Positions 47,283 through 57,503 are shown, numbered from the stretch's first letter. The stretch is DNA of 64,000 bases from an uncultured bacterium (GCA_963766885.1 CAVYBO010000002.1:528606-592605), one strand, 5' to 3'. The notes: a model not told the origin generated them from the letters alone. Numbers and translations are program-made.

Positions 47283-48635
47283 ATGCAAGACCTTGAAGAA
47301 AAAGAATCAACTTGGAAAAAAGTTTTATCTGGTGTAGAACTTGAACTCTCCAAGCCTAATTTTACTACATGGTTTAAAGGCACATCACTGGTCAAAATAG
47401 ACGATGGAATGGTTTTTGTCGGTGTACCGAACGCTTTTGTAAGAGATTGGCTTTTAAATAAGTATCACAAAATCATTTTGAAGTCTTTAAGAGACATTTC
47501 TTATGAGGTCAGGGGTGTAGAATACATTATAGTCAAAGAAAATCCCATTCAAAAAGCGGAAGTTAGGCCTGTTTTTAAAATTTCTACGGCAAGTGAATTG
47601 CCGCTTGCAGATTTGTATATCAATAAGGACTACAACCTAAATCCTAGATACACTTTTGACAATTTCGTCATTGGTCCGTTTAATGAGCTTGCATATGCGG
47701 CTGCACAGGCGGTGATAAAAAAACTGGCGTCTTATAATCCTTTGTTTTTCTATGGAAGTACCGGGCGAGGAAAAACCCATCTTATCCAAGCCATCGGCAA
47801 CCACATCAAAAAAGATTTTCCTTCGACAAAAATCTTTTATATCAGCTCGGATCGTTTTGTTCAGGAATACACAACCGCAGTTCAAGACGGAAAAATCAAT
47901 ACTTTCAAGGAAAAATATCGCAAATATGATGTTTTTATAGTGGATGACATACAGTTTCTTTCCAAAAAAGAAAAAACTCAGGAAGAATTATTCCATCTGT
48001 TCAACTTTTTTCACGAGAACAACAAGCAAATCGTCTTTTCTTCAGACCAGCATCCAAATTACATACCAGATCTTGAAGAAAGAATAAAATCTCGCCTGGT
48101 TTCAGGAATGATTATAGATATTGGTGCTCCGGACTTTGAATCCCGAGCTGCTATTGTCCGAAACAAAGCCAAGTTAAGAAATTTTAACCTGCCTGACGAG
48201 ATTATTGACTTTCTTGCCGGCTCAATAGAAGGGAATATAAGGGAATTGGAGGGTATATTAAACACCATTATCTGCCAAACAGAACTCAAAAACAGAGACT
48301 TGGATCTTACTGAGGTAAAAAATCTAATCAAAGACTCCGCCAAGCCGCAAAAAACCGTTTCGGTGAAAGATGTTTTGAAAGTAATATCAAAATATTACGA
48401 TGTGGAAGAAAGCTCTCTTATAGACAAGACTAGAAAGAAAGAAGTGGTAAAACCTCGCCAAGTGGCAATGTATATTCTGCGCGAAGACTACAATATTTCC
48501 TTTCCTTCAATCGGAGCGAAGCTAGGGGGCAGAGACCATACCACAGTTATTCACTCTTGTGAGAAGGTAAAAACCGATATAAAAAATAATCCTGGTCTTG
48601 CTCGCGAGGTTACAGAAATCCGGACAATGCTGTGA
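47283..48635 (+). CDS. dnaA: Chromosomal replication initiator protein DnaA
   Basis: AAA+ Walker A GSTGRGKTHL and C-terminal DNA-binding domain ending ...IRTML. Confidence 0.9.
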   Translation: MQDLEEKESTWKKVLSGVELELSKPNFTTWFKGTSLVKIDDGMVFVGVPNAFVRDWLLNKYHKIILKSLRDISYEVRGVEYIIVKENPIQKAEVRPVFKISTASELPLADLYINKDYNLNPRYTFDNFVIGPFNELAYAAAQAVIKKLASYNPLFFYGSTGRGKTHLIQAIGNHIKKDFPSTKIFYISSDRFVQEYTTAVQDGKINTFKEKYRKYDVFIVDDIQFLSKKEKTQEELFHLFNFFHENNKQIVFSSDQHPNYIPDLEERIKSRLVSGMIIDIGAPDFESRAAIVRNKAKLRNFNLPDEIIDFLAGSIEGNIRELEGILNTIICQTELKNRDLDLTEVKNLIKDSAKPQKTVSVKDVLKVISKYYDVEESSLIDKTRKKEVVKPRQVAMYILREDYNISFPSIGAKLGGRDHTTVIHSCEKVKTDIKNNPGLAREVTEIRTML

Positions 48636-48639
48636 ACAA

Positions 48640-48853
48640 CATGTTGGTAAGGCTCGGGTTTATTTGTTGATAATTTGTTAGGGAGTTTGCAATAAAAAAA
48701 TATTTTAAAAAGTAACAAACATGAAAACCCAATTTTCCACATCCTCAATTATCAAAAAGGTAAATAAAAACCTTTTAAACAAAGGTTTTTTAAAGTTTTC
48801 CCCACTGTCCACATACCTTTATTAATCTTATTTATTTATATTAAATATATTAT
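48640..48853. promoter_or_regulatory. Putative oriC region (dnaA-dnaN intergenic)
   Basis: DnaA-box-like 9-mers ttttccaca (48733-48741) and tgtccaca (48805-48812), plus an AT-only stretch tattaatcttatttatttatattaaatatattat that could serve as a DNA-unwinding element. Confidence 0.45.
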
Positions 48854-49954
48854 ATGAGAATAGAGTTACCAAAAGAAAAATTTACAGAAGCAGTGGCAAG
48901 TGCTGAAAGAATTACAAGTAAGAACGCATCGCTGAAATCTTTGTCTTGTATTTTGATAGAATTTTCTGAGAAAGAGGTTGTGGTTAAAGCCACCAACTTA
49001 GACGTTGGTGTTGAGTTCAGGGTTCCGGCAAAATCCAGCGGTGAAGGAATGTTTTTGATAAATGGAACCTCTCTCAGATCTTTTTTAACCAACTCGCCTG
49101 TTTCCAAAGAGGTTGTGCTTGAAAAGAAAGAAAATATTTTGGAAATAAAATCAGGATTAAGCGAAGGAGAACTTGTTCTTGAATCGTCAGAAGAATTTCC
49201 AATTATTCCAAAGGTTGAAAATGCTACAGAATTTGAAATTTTAGCTGAAGAGCTTGTTTCTGGTATCAAGTCTGTATTTTGGAGCGCTTCAATGTCGCAA
49301 ATAAAGCCTGAATTATCAAGTGTTTATATTTATGAAGACAAGGAAGATTTGGTTTTTGTGGCTACTGATTCATTTCGCCTTGCCGAAAAAAGAATCAAGA
49401 CTAAAAAAACCAAAAATATCAGCTCAGTTTTGATTCCTTTTAGAAATATTTCAGAGGTTCTAAGGATTTTTGACGGACTTAAAGGCTCGGTTGCGGTCAA
49501 GACCAACAAGAACCAGATATCTTTCCAATTAGGGGGTATTTATGCCACTTCACGCCTCATTGATGGTATCTTCCCAGACTACAAACAGATTATTCCAAAA
49601 GAATTTTCGACCAAGGCTATTATTCTGAAGGAAGAACTTTCAAGCGCTCTTCGCCTAACAGGTTCGTTTGCCGATTCTTTCAATCAAATTGAGTTTAAAG
49701 TAACTCCATCCAAAGAAAAGCTGACTATCAAATCAAGCAACAAAGGCACAGGAGTTGTTTCTGAGGAAATCAAAGGTTCTTTTGAAGGCGAAGAGGTTCA
49801 GCTTTCTTTTAATCACAAATACATCACTGAAGCTCTACCCTCGATTAATTCTTCAAGTGTAAGTGTTTCCCTAAATTCTCAAGGCAAGCCAATGATAATT
49901 CGTGAAAGTTCCAATCCAAGCTTTCTGTATCTTGTTATGCCTATGAACAAATAA
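48854..49954 (+). CDS. dnaN: DNA polymerase III beta sliding clamp
   Basis: 366 aa, three-domain clamp pattern, directly downstream of dnaA. Confidence 0.85.
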   Translation: MRIELPKEKFTEAVASAERITSKNASLKSLSCILIEFSEKEVVVKATNLDVGVEFRVPAKSSGEGMFLINGTSLRSFLTNSPVSKEVVLEKKENILEIKSGLSEGELVLESSEEFPIIPKVENATEFEILAEELVSGIKSVFWSASMSQIKPELSSVYIYEDKEDLVFVATDSFRLAEKRIKTKKTKNISSVLIPFRNISEVLRIFDGLKGSVAVKTNKNQISFQLGGIYATSRLIDGIFPDYKQIIPKEFSTKAIILKEELSSALRLTGSFADSFNQIEFKVTPSKEKLTIKSSNKGTGVVSEEIKGSFEGEEVQLSFNHKYITEALPSINSSSVSVSLNSQGKPMIIRESSNPSFLYLVMPMNK

Positions 49955-49955
49955 A

Positions 49956-50210
49956 ATGGACTTAATAAGTTCTTTTCTTGATAAATTTAAAAAGTTTGAG
50001 GATCCTAAGAAAGCTCGAGGGCAAATTGCCAAGATAATAAGCGCTGAGTTGGGCGAAGAAATAAGTGAATCTGCGGTTACAATAAAAAATAAAGCTATAT
50101 TTTTGAATATTAATCCGATGCTCAAAAGCCAAATTTTCATAAAAAAAGAAAAAATCCTCTCTGCCATAAAATCTGAAATGAAAAATATTTACGCGGAGGA
50201 TGTGAGGTAG
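49956..50210 (+). CDS. Small hypothetical protein downstream of dnaN
   Basis: 84-aa ORF coupled to the dnaN stop. Confidence 0.3.
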   Translation: MDLISSFLDKFKKFEDPKKARGQIAKIISAELGEEISESAVTIKNKAIFLNINPMLKSQIFIKKEKILSAIKSEMKNIYAEDVR

Positions 50211-50303
50211 ATATATAAAAGTGAAAACCCCATATCGATCAAGATATGAGGTTGAAGGTTTGCGGCCATCCTTCAGGCCGAGTGGTCTACCACTATATTT
50301 GAT

Positions 50304-51044
50304 TTACGAATTGAGCATCTTCTTCCAGTCGAGCCGCTCAAAGCCGAGTTGCTGCCCGATTTTGTCGATGGCCCCGAACTGGTTGCGAAGCCGCTTCCTG
50401 TCTCCTTTGACTCCGTCGCGCTCTGCCGCCTTGAAATCAGCAGCAGTTTTTTGCGCAAGAGTGTCCAAAGTAGACTCGAGCCTTTTCTGGAGCTCCTCTC
50501 CGCCGAAATCGAAGTCATCGATTTCCCACAACAAGCGACTACCGTCACTATCATGTTGGGAATGCCACTGGATTTCGAAGGCGAGGCCTTCAATAATTTT
50601 TGCAGCAATCACTCGCTTGCGCCACGGCCTCCAGGCTTTTGCCACCATCTTGGTGGTGTCGCCGGGGCGACTGGATAAAGCCCTTTTATTTGGGAAATAG
50701 AGCAGACCGACTAGTATTGAGAGAAATATCCCAACCATCGAATATGTGTCCAGGTAGTGGCGTGTAGATACGACAATCACCGCGGTAATCGGGATGATTA
50801 TCAATACCGAGCACAGAAACATCCACAACTTGATGGAATTCCATTCGCTGAGCTTATTGAGGCAGCTCTCCGCGTTGTCCAGGAAGCCCTTGAGCTTAGA
50901 ATTGCCCAAGGATTCGATGAACGTTTTGGTGAAGTGGGTTCCGATGACCTGCAGCGCGTAGCTGCTGGCCTGGTCGCCACTTATCCCCTCCCTTTTTTGG
51001 GGAAGGGTTATTCTTACGGTTTCTTTCTTCGTTATCATTTTCAA
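50304..51044 (-). CDS. Hypothetical two-TM membrane protein, GC-rich (~50%)
   Basis: Complete ORF. GC clearly above flanking genes. Two adjacent TM helices. Confidence 0.4.
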   Translation of the reverse strand: MKMITKKETVRITLPQKREGISGDQASSYALQVIGTHFTKTFIESLGNSKLKGFLDNAESCLNKLSEWNSIKLWMFLCSVLIIIPITAVIVVSTRHYLDTYSMVGIFLSILVGLLYFPNKRALSSRPGDTTKMVAKAWRPWRKRVIAAKIIEGLAFEIQWHSQHDSDGSRLLWEIDDFDFGGEELQKRLESTLDTLAQKTAADFKAAERDGVKGDRKRLRNQFGAIDKIGQQLGFERLDWKKMLNS

Positions 51045-51233
51045 TGTTCCTTATAGCCATTCAAATACAAGATAGGGCGCTTTGCCCAGACTGCTTTTTC
51101 GTCTGCAAAGACGAGGTATCTGCTAAGACACCAGACAGTCCTGTTATCTCGCAAGAGTATTTTGGCCTATGACTCTGTAATATATTATATCACATTTATG
51201 TAAAAAATCAATAGCAATATAAAATCACCACTT

Positions 51234-51827
51234 TTATGAAGTCCTTCTCCTAATGAAACATATAATTAACACAGTTAAGTTGCAAATAATAATAGTTACA
51301 AGATAGGTTAGTGTTAGAAAATTATATTGAGCGCTTGAAGCTACGGTGAGAATATTTGCAACTACCATAATCGCCCAAAATTTAAGGGTTTCACTCCAAG
51401 GATCTTCAAAAGATTTTCTAAAAGTTGGAAAGTAACCAAAGCCATCAATTATAGAAATCATTATTATTGCAAGCAGTAGGTCTTTTAATTGCCACCACAC
51501 AACGATAGCAACTAAGCAGAAAAGAAGGATTACTGTGTCTATTGGCTTTATATTTTTTGTTCCGTATTTAAAAGAAAGAAGAAAAACTAAAATAACAAGA
51601 AGTAGGCAGGTGAATAGAACTAGTGTCGCAAAATTTCCGCCGCCATACCACGAAGCTATCGTTGCCATACCTACAGTGATTGTCCATATCAGCCAAGTGT
51701 ACAAATGAGGTTTTGTTTTCCTAAGAAAAATATCTTTGAAATACGGAATGTATCCTAAAATAGTGAGTATTACAGCTATGACAGCAAATATAAATTTGTA
51801 ATTTATGTAAAACAACTTTTTAATCAC
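51234..51827 (-). CDS. Hypothetical polytopic membrane protein
   Basis: 5-6 predicted TM helices. Confidence 0.4.
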   Translation of the reverse strand: MIKKLFYINYKFIFAVIAVILTILGYIPYFKDIFLRKTKPHLYTWLIWTITVGMATIASWYGGGNFATLVLFTCLLLVILVFLLSFKYGTKNIKPIDTVILLFCLVAIVVWWQLKDLLLAIIMISIIDGFGYFPTFRKSFEDPWSETLKFWAIMVVANILTVASSAQYNFLTLTYLVTIIICNLTVLIICFIRRRTS

Positions 51828-54252
51828 TCAAACCTTGCACTTGGAAATTTACGCTGGCTGTGCCGGTGTTGTTGTTTTGGTCGGTGATGACAACTTTCAG
51901 AGTGTTCGTGCCTGGTGTCGCGCCGACGCCTGTTGGAATAAAGCTGAATGAAAATGGGTAACTTGTAGAACTGCCTATATAGTTTCCGTTCAAAAAGTAG
52001 TCTGCTTTTTTTGGAGCGCTTGTGCTATTGATGCTTACCACTGTTTGAGTATTTGCAGGAATTGTTGCTCCATTTGTTGGGGTGATGAATGCAACGCCGA
52101 GCTGGCTTGATGTCACTGTTGGGCTTGAGAAATTAATTCGGCCTACGCTCTGAAGCCAGTATTGAACACCGTATTCCCAGCGGGAAAATTGCGGATCGTT
52201 GTTTGGATTTGAAGGAGGAGGGCCGAGGGGATTGCTTTTGTCTATCCAATAAAGCTCTGAGTGTATTGATCCGTCCGGGCCGACATATGTGCCGTTTAAG
52301 AGCGGTTTTTGATTGCTAACATCAACCGGATCCGGCTTATCAAATGATTCGTTTGGAAGTCCTGGTAAAATCTCGTTCATAAACGCGTGCCACATCGGAC
52401 CGGCAATATATCCTGCCACTTGCTTAGCGATAGGGCTGTTGTCGTTGTTTCCCATCCATGCGCCAACTGTAATTGACGGAGTGTAGCCAATAATCCACAT
52501 ATCACGGAAATCATTTGTTGTTCCTGTTTTAACAGCAACATCTCTGCCGGGAAAATACAAACTTGATGCTGCTCCGAATTCCGGAGTTCGGGCCACGTTG
52601 TCGGAGAGAACATCTGTTATTAGAAGGGCAGTTTGTTTTGGAAGAACTTGTATAGGGTTATTCTGGTACTGTTCCAAAACATTTCCCACACTGTCGGTAA
52701 TGCTTAATATTCCGGTGTCAGGATGCCTTACCCCTTCGTCTGCAAATACACTATAAGCAGATGTCATATCAAGAAGTTTTACCGCTCCTCCTCCAAGCAC
52801 AAGGGACAAACCGTATTCCTTTGGATCTGTCAGAGTTGTGATGCCCATGTCTTGAGCCATTTTGATAGCGTTAGGCACTCCTACTAGATAAAGCGTTTTT
52901 ACTGCCGGAATGTTTATGGATTGTGCCAGGGCATTTCTGATTGTTATTGGTCCGCGGAATTTGTTGTCATAGTCGTTTGGCGAGTAGCAGTTTTTAGAGT
53001 TATCGTTTGATGTGCTGTAGAACGGACAGGTTGTTGAGAACTGTGTTTTAACGTCAAATAGTACGGTGTTTGGCGTATATCCATCATTGAATGCTACAGA
53101 ATATACAAAAGGCTTGAACGAAGATCCTGGCTGACGAAGAGCGGTTGTTACGTTGAAGTTGCCGTCGTTTGCTGTATCAAAATAGTCTGCTGAACCAACC
53201 ATAGCTAAAATTTGTCCTGTCGGAGAATCAATTGCCACAAGACCGGCATTTGTAGCGTGGTATTTCACAGCATCTGTTGCAACATATTGTTTGACGACAG
53301 CTTCTGCTTTTTGCTGCATATCGTAATCAAGGGTGGTGATTACTTTAAGTCCACCGGTCTGTAAAATTGTGTCGCCATACTTTTGCTCAATGTAATCTCT
53401 GATATACATCACAAAATGCGGCGCCTTGATGCCTCCGGAGAGAGAATCTTGGAAAGCCACTTTTTCGTTTACAGCCTGTTCATATTGCGTTTCTGTGATG
53501 TATCCGTACTGCTTCATTTTTTGGAGAACAAGATTCTTTCTTGTTTCAAGATCGCTTAGATGGCTTCCATATGGAGAATAATATGTGGGCGCTTGAGGAA
53601 GAGCTGCAATATATGCTGACTCGGCAATATCCACATCACTTGCATTTTTTCCAAAAAATTGTTCCGCTGCTTCCTGTACGCCGTAAATAGTGCCGCCGTA
53701 AGGAGTTTCATTTAGATAAAGCTCCAGAATTTTGTCTTTACTCAATTCTTGTTCAAGTTTTATTGAAAGTACTATTTCTTTGATTTTTCTGGTGATTGTT
53801 TTGTCCTGGGTTAAGAGGGCGTTTTTGATAACCTGCTGTGTAATTGTTGATCCTCCTTGGCTGAATTTTAGGGAAAATATGTCGGCAAGAGCAGCGCGGA
53901 TTGTTGAAGAAACTTTTATTCCTCCATGGCTGTAAAATCCCTCATCTTCAATTGAAATCGTAGCATCCTGAATGTAGGGAGAGATTTTATCAAGCGGCTC
54001 GTAAGTGCGGCGTGTACTATTGCCGAAGTCATAAAGCAAAACCGTGCCGGTACGATCGTAAATCTTGGTAGACTGGCTCATTATCTGCTGGTCAAAATTT
54101 GAAAGATCTGGGAGCTGAAGAGAGGAAATCCAGATAACAAGTCCGCCGGCAAGCAAAAGGAAAATGATCAAACCAATCATCATTAACTCCTTTACTTTTG
54201 CTTTAAGGAGCCATTTTTTTACCCTTTTAAAAAATCGGCTTATTTTCTTCAC
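51820..54252 (-). CDS. Class A penicillin-binding protein (glycosyltransferase + transpeptidase)
   Basis: N-terminal TM, GT51 motifs (EDEGFYSHGGI, GGSTITQQV) and transpeptidase region. Confidence 0.8.
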   Translation of the reverse strand: MKKISRFFKRVKKWLLKAKVKELMMIGLIIFLLLAGGLVIWISSLQLPDLSNFDQQIMSQSTKIYDRTGTVLLYDFGNSTRRTYEPLDKISPYIQDATISIEDEGFYSHGGIKVSSTIRAALADIFSLKFSQGGSTITQQVIKNALLTQDKTITRKIKEIVLSIKLEQELSKDKILELYLNETPYGGTIYGVQEAAEQFFGKNASDVDIAESAYIAALPQAPTYYSPYGSHLSDLETRKNLVLQKMKQYGYITETQYEQAVNEKVAFQDSLSGGIKAPHFVMYIRDYIEQKYGDTILQTGGLKVITTLDYDMQQKAEAVVKQYVATDAVKYHATNAGLVAIDSPTGQILAMVGSADYFDTANDGNFNVTTALRQPGSSFKPFVYSVAFNDGYTPNTVLFDVKTQFSTTCPFYSTSNDNSKNCYSPNDYDNKFRGPITIRNALAQSINIPAVKTLYLVGVPNAIKMAQDMGITTLTDPKEYGLSLVLGGGAVKLLDMTSAYSVFADEGVRHPDTGILSITDSVGNVLEQYQNNPIQVLPKQTALLITDVLSDNVARTPEFGAASSLYFPGRDVAVKTGTTNDFRDMWIIGYTPSITVGAWMGNNDNSPIAKQVAGYIAGPMWHAFMNEILPGLPNESFDKPDPVDVSNQKPLLNGTYVGPDGSIHSELYWIDKSNPLGPPPSNPNNDPQFSRWEYGVQYWLQSVGRINFSSPTVTSSQLGVAFITPTNGATIPANTQTVVSINSTSAPKKADYFLNGNYIGSSTSYPFSFSFIPTGVGATPGTNTLKVVITDQNNNTGTASVNFQVQGLSD

Positions 54253-54309
54253 TGTTTGTATATTTTACACTAAAAAGTAATTTTTTTGTGGTAAAGTAAT
54301 ATAACTATT

Positions 54310-55509
54310 ATGGCCGCTAAAGTAAACACTGACCCAAAACTGATTGATGAGATTTTAAGCCGGGGAACGGAGGAAATTTTTATCAGAGAAGATTTGAGGA
54401 AAAAACTTCTTTCGGGAGAAAAATTACGTATTAAACTCGGCGTTGATCCAACTTCGTCTCACATTCACATAGGCAGAGCGATTCCTTTGAGGAAACTCCG
54501 AGATTTTCAAAGGCTCGGCCACAAAGTTGTTTTTATTGTTGGAGATTTTACCGCGCGCATTGGAGATGCTTCGGATAAATTAAACAAGCGCCCAATGCTT
54601 TCAAGTTTGGATATAAAAAATAATTTAAAAACTTACAAAGCTCAGGTTGGAAAAATATTAGATCTTTCAAAAGCCGAGTTTTATTACAACAGCAAGTGGC
54701 TTTCAAAACTTAAATTTGCAGAAATTGCAGAATTGGCAGAAAGCTTTTCTGTTCAGCAAATGATCGCTCGCAAGAACTTTAAAGACAGATATGAGGGTGG
54801 CGAAGAGATATCGCTTAGAGAATTTTTGTATCCACTGATGCAAGGCTTCGACTCTGTTGCAATCAAAGCCGATGTTGAAATCGGCGGTTTTGACCAACTA
54901 TTTAATCTCAAGGCCGGAAGAGTGATTCAAAAACACTACAAATATTCAGAGCAAAACATAATGACATTTAAGATGCTTTTGGGCACCGACGGCAGGAAAA
55001 TGTCTTCAAGTTGGGGAAATATTATTGCTATTGATGACACTTCCGACAGCATGTTTGGAAAAGTAATGAGCATCAAAGATGAATTGGTTCCTGACTATTT
55101 GGATCTGACAACAGATTTTTCTGTGGATGAAATTAGTGATATAAAAAATAAGCTCGGCGCCGGAGAAAACCCAAAAAATATTAAATTAATCTTAGCTAGA
55201 GAAATTGTCAGAATTTACCATGGTGAGAAAGAGGCAACCAAAGCCTTGGAAAATTTTGAATCAACCTTTTCCAAAAAAGAAATTCCAGAAAATATTCAAG
55301 AAGTTTCAGCTTCTAACACAGAATTTCTATCAGATGTTCTATTCCGAGAAAAAGTTATTTCTTCAAAATCTGATTTTGTACGTCTAACTAGAGAAGGTGC
55401 AATCACAGAACTTGAAAGCAATAAGAAAATCACAGAAATAAAAGCACCCGCAGAAGCGGGTACCTACAAAATCGGCAAACACCGATTTATAAAAATTAAA
55501 AATAAATAG
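54310..55509 (+). CDS. tyrS: Tyrosine--tRNA ligase
   Basis: GVDPTSSHIHIGRAIPL (HIGH region), QGFD, GGFDQ and KMSSS (KMSKS). Confidence 0.75.
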   Translation: MAAKVNTDPKLIDEILSRGTEEIFIREDLRKKLLSGEKLRIKLGVDPTSSHIHIGRAIPLRKLRDFQRLGHKVVFIVGDFTARIGDASDKLNKRPMLSSLDIKNNLKTYKAQVGKILDLSKAEFYYNSKWLSKLKFAEIAELAESFSVQQMIARKNFKDRYEGGEEISLREFLYPLMQGFDSVAIKADVEIGGFDQLFNLKAGRVIQKHYKYSEQNIMTFKMLLGTDGRKMSSSWGNIIAIDDTSDSMFGKVMSIKDELVPDYLDLTTDFSVDEISDIKNKLGAGENPKNIKLILAREIVRIYHGEKEATKALENFESTFSKKEIPENIQEVSASNTEFLSDVLFREKVISSKSDFVRLTREGAITELESNKKITEIKAPAEAGTYKIGKHRFIKIKNK

Positions 55510-55514
55510 AGAGA

Positions 55515-55673
55515 TTATCTTTCTTCGTCCTCATCCCACATTGGTTCGTCTTCATCATCTACTGCAACATCTGGAACAGTGTCATCATCAACATCTTCAA
55601 GGGCATCAGAATCTATTTCATCTGTATCGCTGGTTGCAGCAAAGGGATCTTTAAGCTCATCATCGTCTGGCAT
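55515..55673 (-). CDS. Possible small highly acidic protein (52 aa)
   Basis: ATG ORF MPDDDELKDPFAATSDTDEIDSDALEDVDDDTVPDVAVDDEDEPMWDEDEER, below the ORF-track cutoff. Confidence 0.2.
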   Translation of the reverse strand: MPDDDELKDPFAATSDTDEIDSDALEDVDDDTVPDVAVDDEDEPMWDEDEER

Positions 55674-55757
55674 TTTGTTTCTTAATTACTTAATAATCTT
55701 GTTATAGTTTTTTATCAAAACTAAATAAATAATGCAAGACCCAACAATGTGGAAAAC

Positions 55758-56270
55758 TTATTTAAGATATTTTGATCGCTGTAAAAATTTTTGGAGCGCG
55801 AAAAAAGCTAAGCCGCAGGCTATAGCATCAAACTCATCGTCAAGCTTTTTTTCTTTATTATTGCCTTTAATATTAAGGATTATCTGAACCATTTTAATCA
55901 TTGCTTTTTTATCAGCACTTGCTGTGCCGCAAACAGCGATTTTTATTTCAGCAGGAGAGAGCTCGCAGATTTGAAGCTTATTTTCTAAAGCTTTTGAAAG
56001 CAATGCGCCGCGCACCTCAGCAACTTTCATTGCGGTTTTGGCATTTTTGGCAAAAAACAATGTTTCAATTACTATTGCCTCTGGATCAAATTTTCTGATT
56101 ATTTTTTCAAGCTCGCAGGCTACCAAAAATATTCTTTCCGGATGGGATAAATCTTTGGATGTCTTGAAGCAATCAGAAAAAATCAATTTCTCTTTACCGC
56201 CATTTTTTTCTTTTTCAAGCACGGCAATGCCCAATCTTTCGTATCCAGGATCAATTGCGATTATCTTCAT
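55758..56270 (-). CDS. ruvC: Crossover junction endodeoxyribonuclease RuvC
   Basis: MKIIAIDPGYERLGIAVLE and RNase H-like fold motifs. Confidence 0.85.
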   Translation of the reverse strand: MKIIAIDPGYERLGIAVLEKEKNGGKEKLIFSDCFKTSKDLSHPERIFLVACELEKIIRKFDPEAIVIETLFFAKNAKTAMKVAEVRGALLSKALENKLQICELSPAEIKIAVCGTASADKKAMIKMVQIILNIKGNNKEKKLDDEFDAIACGLAFFALQKFLQRSKYLK

Positions 56271-56273
56271 TTT

Positions 56274-56801
56274 TTATTCTACGTTAGTGAAGACTTCTTG
56301 CACCTCGTCGTTTTCTTCAAGTTCATCAACAAGACTCGCAAGAATTTCTAAATCGCTGTCTGAAATATCAACAGTTGTTTGTGGAATCCATTTCATCTGC
56401 TCTTTTTTAAATGCCCAGCTTGCCGATCCTGGCGCGGCCAAAGCAAATCCGTTTTTGCTCAAAATATGTTTTATTTCCTGCGCAGCTTTATTGCGGTTTG
56501 AAGTTAAAGCCTCAACAATAATTGCGCTTCCGCCCGGACCGTATGTTTCGTAGACAATCGTTTCAAGGGCTTCGCCACCAACCTCAGTGCCTTTTTTGAT
56601 TGCTCTTTCAATCACTTCTTTTGGCACGTTGTCTCTTTTGGCGTTTTCAATTACTTGGTTTAGGCTTGCTGACATTCCTCCGCTGGATTTTTTTGATTCA
56701 AGAGAAATAAGTCTGGCGTGCTTGGAAAAAACTTTACTCTTCTTGGCATCTGTTGCTCCTTTCTGCCTTTTTATTTGAGTCCATTTATTGTGTCCTGACA
56801 T
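56274..56801 (-). CDS. YebC/PmpR-family DNA-binding regulator (short form)
   Basis: MSGHNKWTQIKRQKGATDAKKSKVFSKHARLI. Confidence 0.7.
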   Translation of the reverse strand: MSGHNKWTQIKRQKGATDAKKSKVFSKHARLISLESKKSSGGMSASLNQVIENAKRDNVPKEVIERAIKKGTEVGGEALETIVYETYGPGGSAIIVEALTSNRNKAAQEIKHILSKNGFALAAPGSASWAFKKEQMKWIPQTTVDISDSDLEILASLVDELEENDEVQEVFTNVE

Positions 56802-56827
56802 ATTACTGATTTTAGTATTTTTTAAAA

Positions 56828-57109
56828 TTAAAACAAATACGAATGAGATCCTAGCTCAACTAAGATAAGAATCATTTTCTCCTTTTCAATCTTATATACA
56901 AGCAAAACATTTGCCCTGATATGGCATTCTCTAAATCCTGCATATTCTCCTTGAAGCGCATGGTCAGTATATTTTGGATTAAGTTTCAAACCAGCAGCGA
57001 GTGTGTTTATTACAGAACTTAAATCCAAAAGAATCTTTTTGCCGCTGATTCCGGAACTAATTCTTTTTACACTTTTCAAAAAAGATTTGCTTTTATAAAT
57101 CCGATACAT
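56828..57109 (-). CDS. Type II toxin, YafQ/RelE family
   Basis: C-terminal ...FRECHIRANVLLVYKIEKEKMILILVELGSHSYLF matches the YafQ-type motif. Confidence 0.6.
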   Translation of the reverse strand: MYRIYKSKSFLKSVKRISSGISGKKILLDLSSVINTLAAGLKLNPKYTDHALQGEYAGFRECHIRANVLLVYKIEKEKMILILVELGSHSYLF

Positions 57110-57114
57110 ATTTT

Positions 57115-57366
57115 CTACAAAAGTTCATGGAACATTTCTTCGGCCGATCCATAACTTTTTGTTTTTAAAGCTTCTTTTACTTCCTTGTTCCATTTTGCTC
57201 GTATAGCCCTTCTTTGGGCGCTTGGAGTGAAAGGCAGCCCTTCTTCTATTACAACCTGGTTTAGGAAAATTTTTATGGCGGTTGACATATCTATGCCCAA
57301 AGAGGACAAAGTTTTGTTTGCTTTTCTCTTTATGCTTTCTTCAATTCTTATGTTTATATTGGTCAT
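57115..57366 (-). CDS. Type II antitoxin, DinJ/RelB family
   Basis: MTNINIRIEESIKRKANKTLSSLGIDMSTAIKIFLNQVV is a ribbon-helix-helix antitoxin pattern. Lies 6 nt upstream of the toxin. Confidence 0.6.
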   Translation of the reverse strand: MTNINIRIEESIKRKANKTLSSLGIDMSTAIKIFLNQVVIEEGLPFTPSAQRRAIRAKWNKEVKEALKTKSYGSAEEMFHELL

Positions 57367-57503
57367 ATTTAAATTATATACTCCGTGCGCACACTGTCAA
57401 TACATAATGACGAGTCACATAATGATATCTTACAAATCCTTTTTTAGTAAAACTTGTCTTGGGTTTTCTCTACCTTTTTCTTTTTGAAATTCTTCTTCAC
57501 TAT

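Noticed and set aside
50221-50700. 159-aa plus-strand ORF and 50349-50678 plus-strand ORF
   Set aside because: Antisense to the GC-rich 50304-51044 gene. The minus-strand ORF is longer and has clear TM helices.
51045-51233. Possible riboswitch or leader upstream of the 50304-51044 gene
   Set aside because: There are some short hairpins but no recognisable riboswitch consensus. It is left unannotated.
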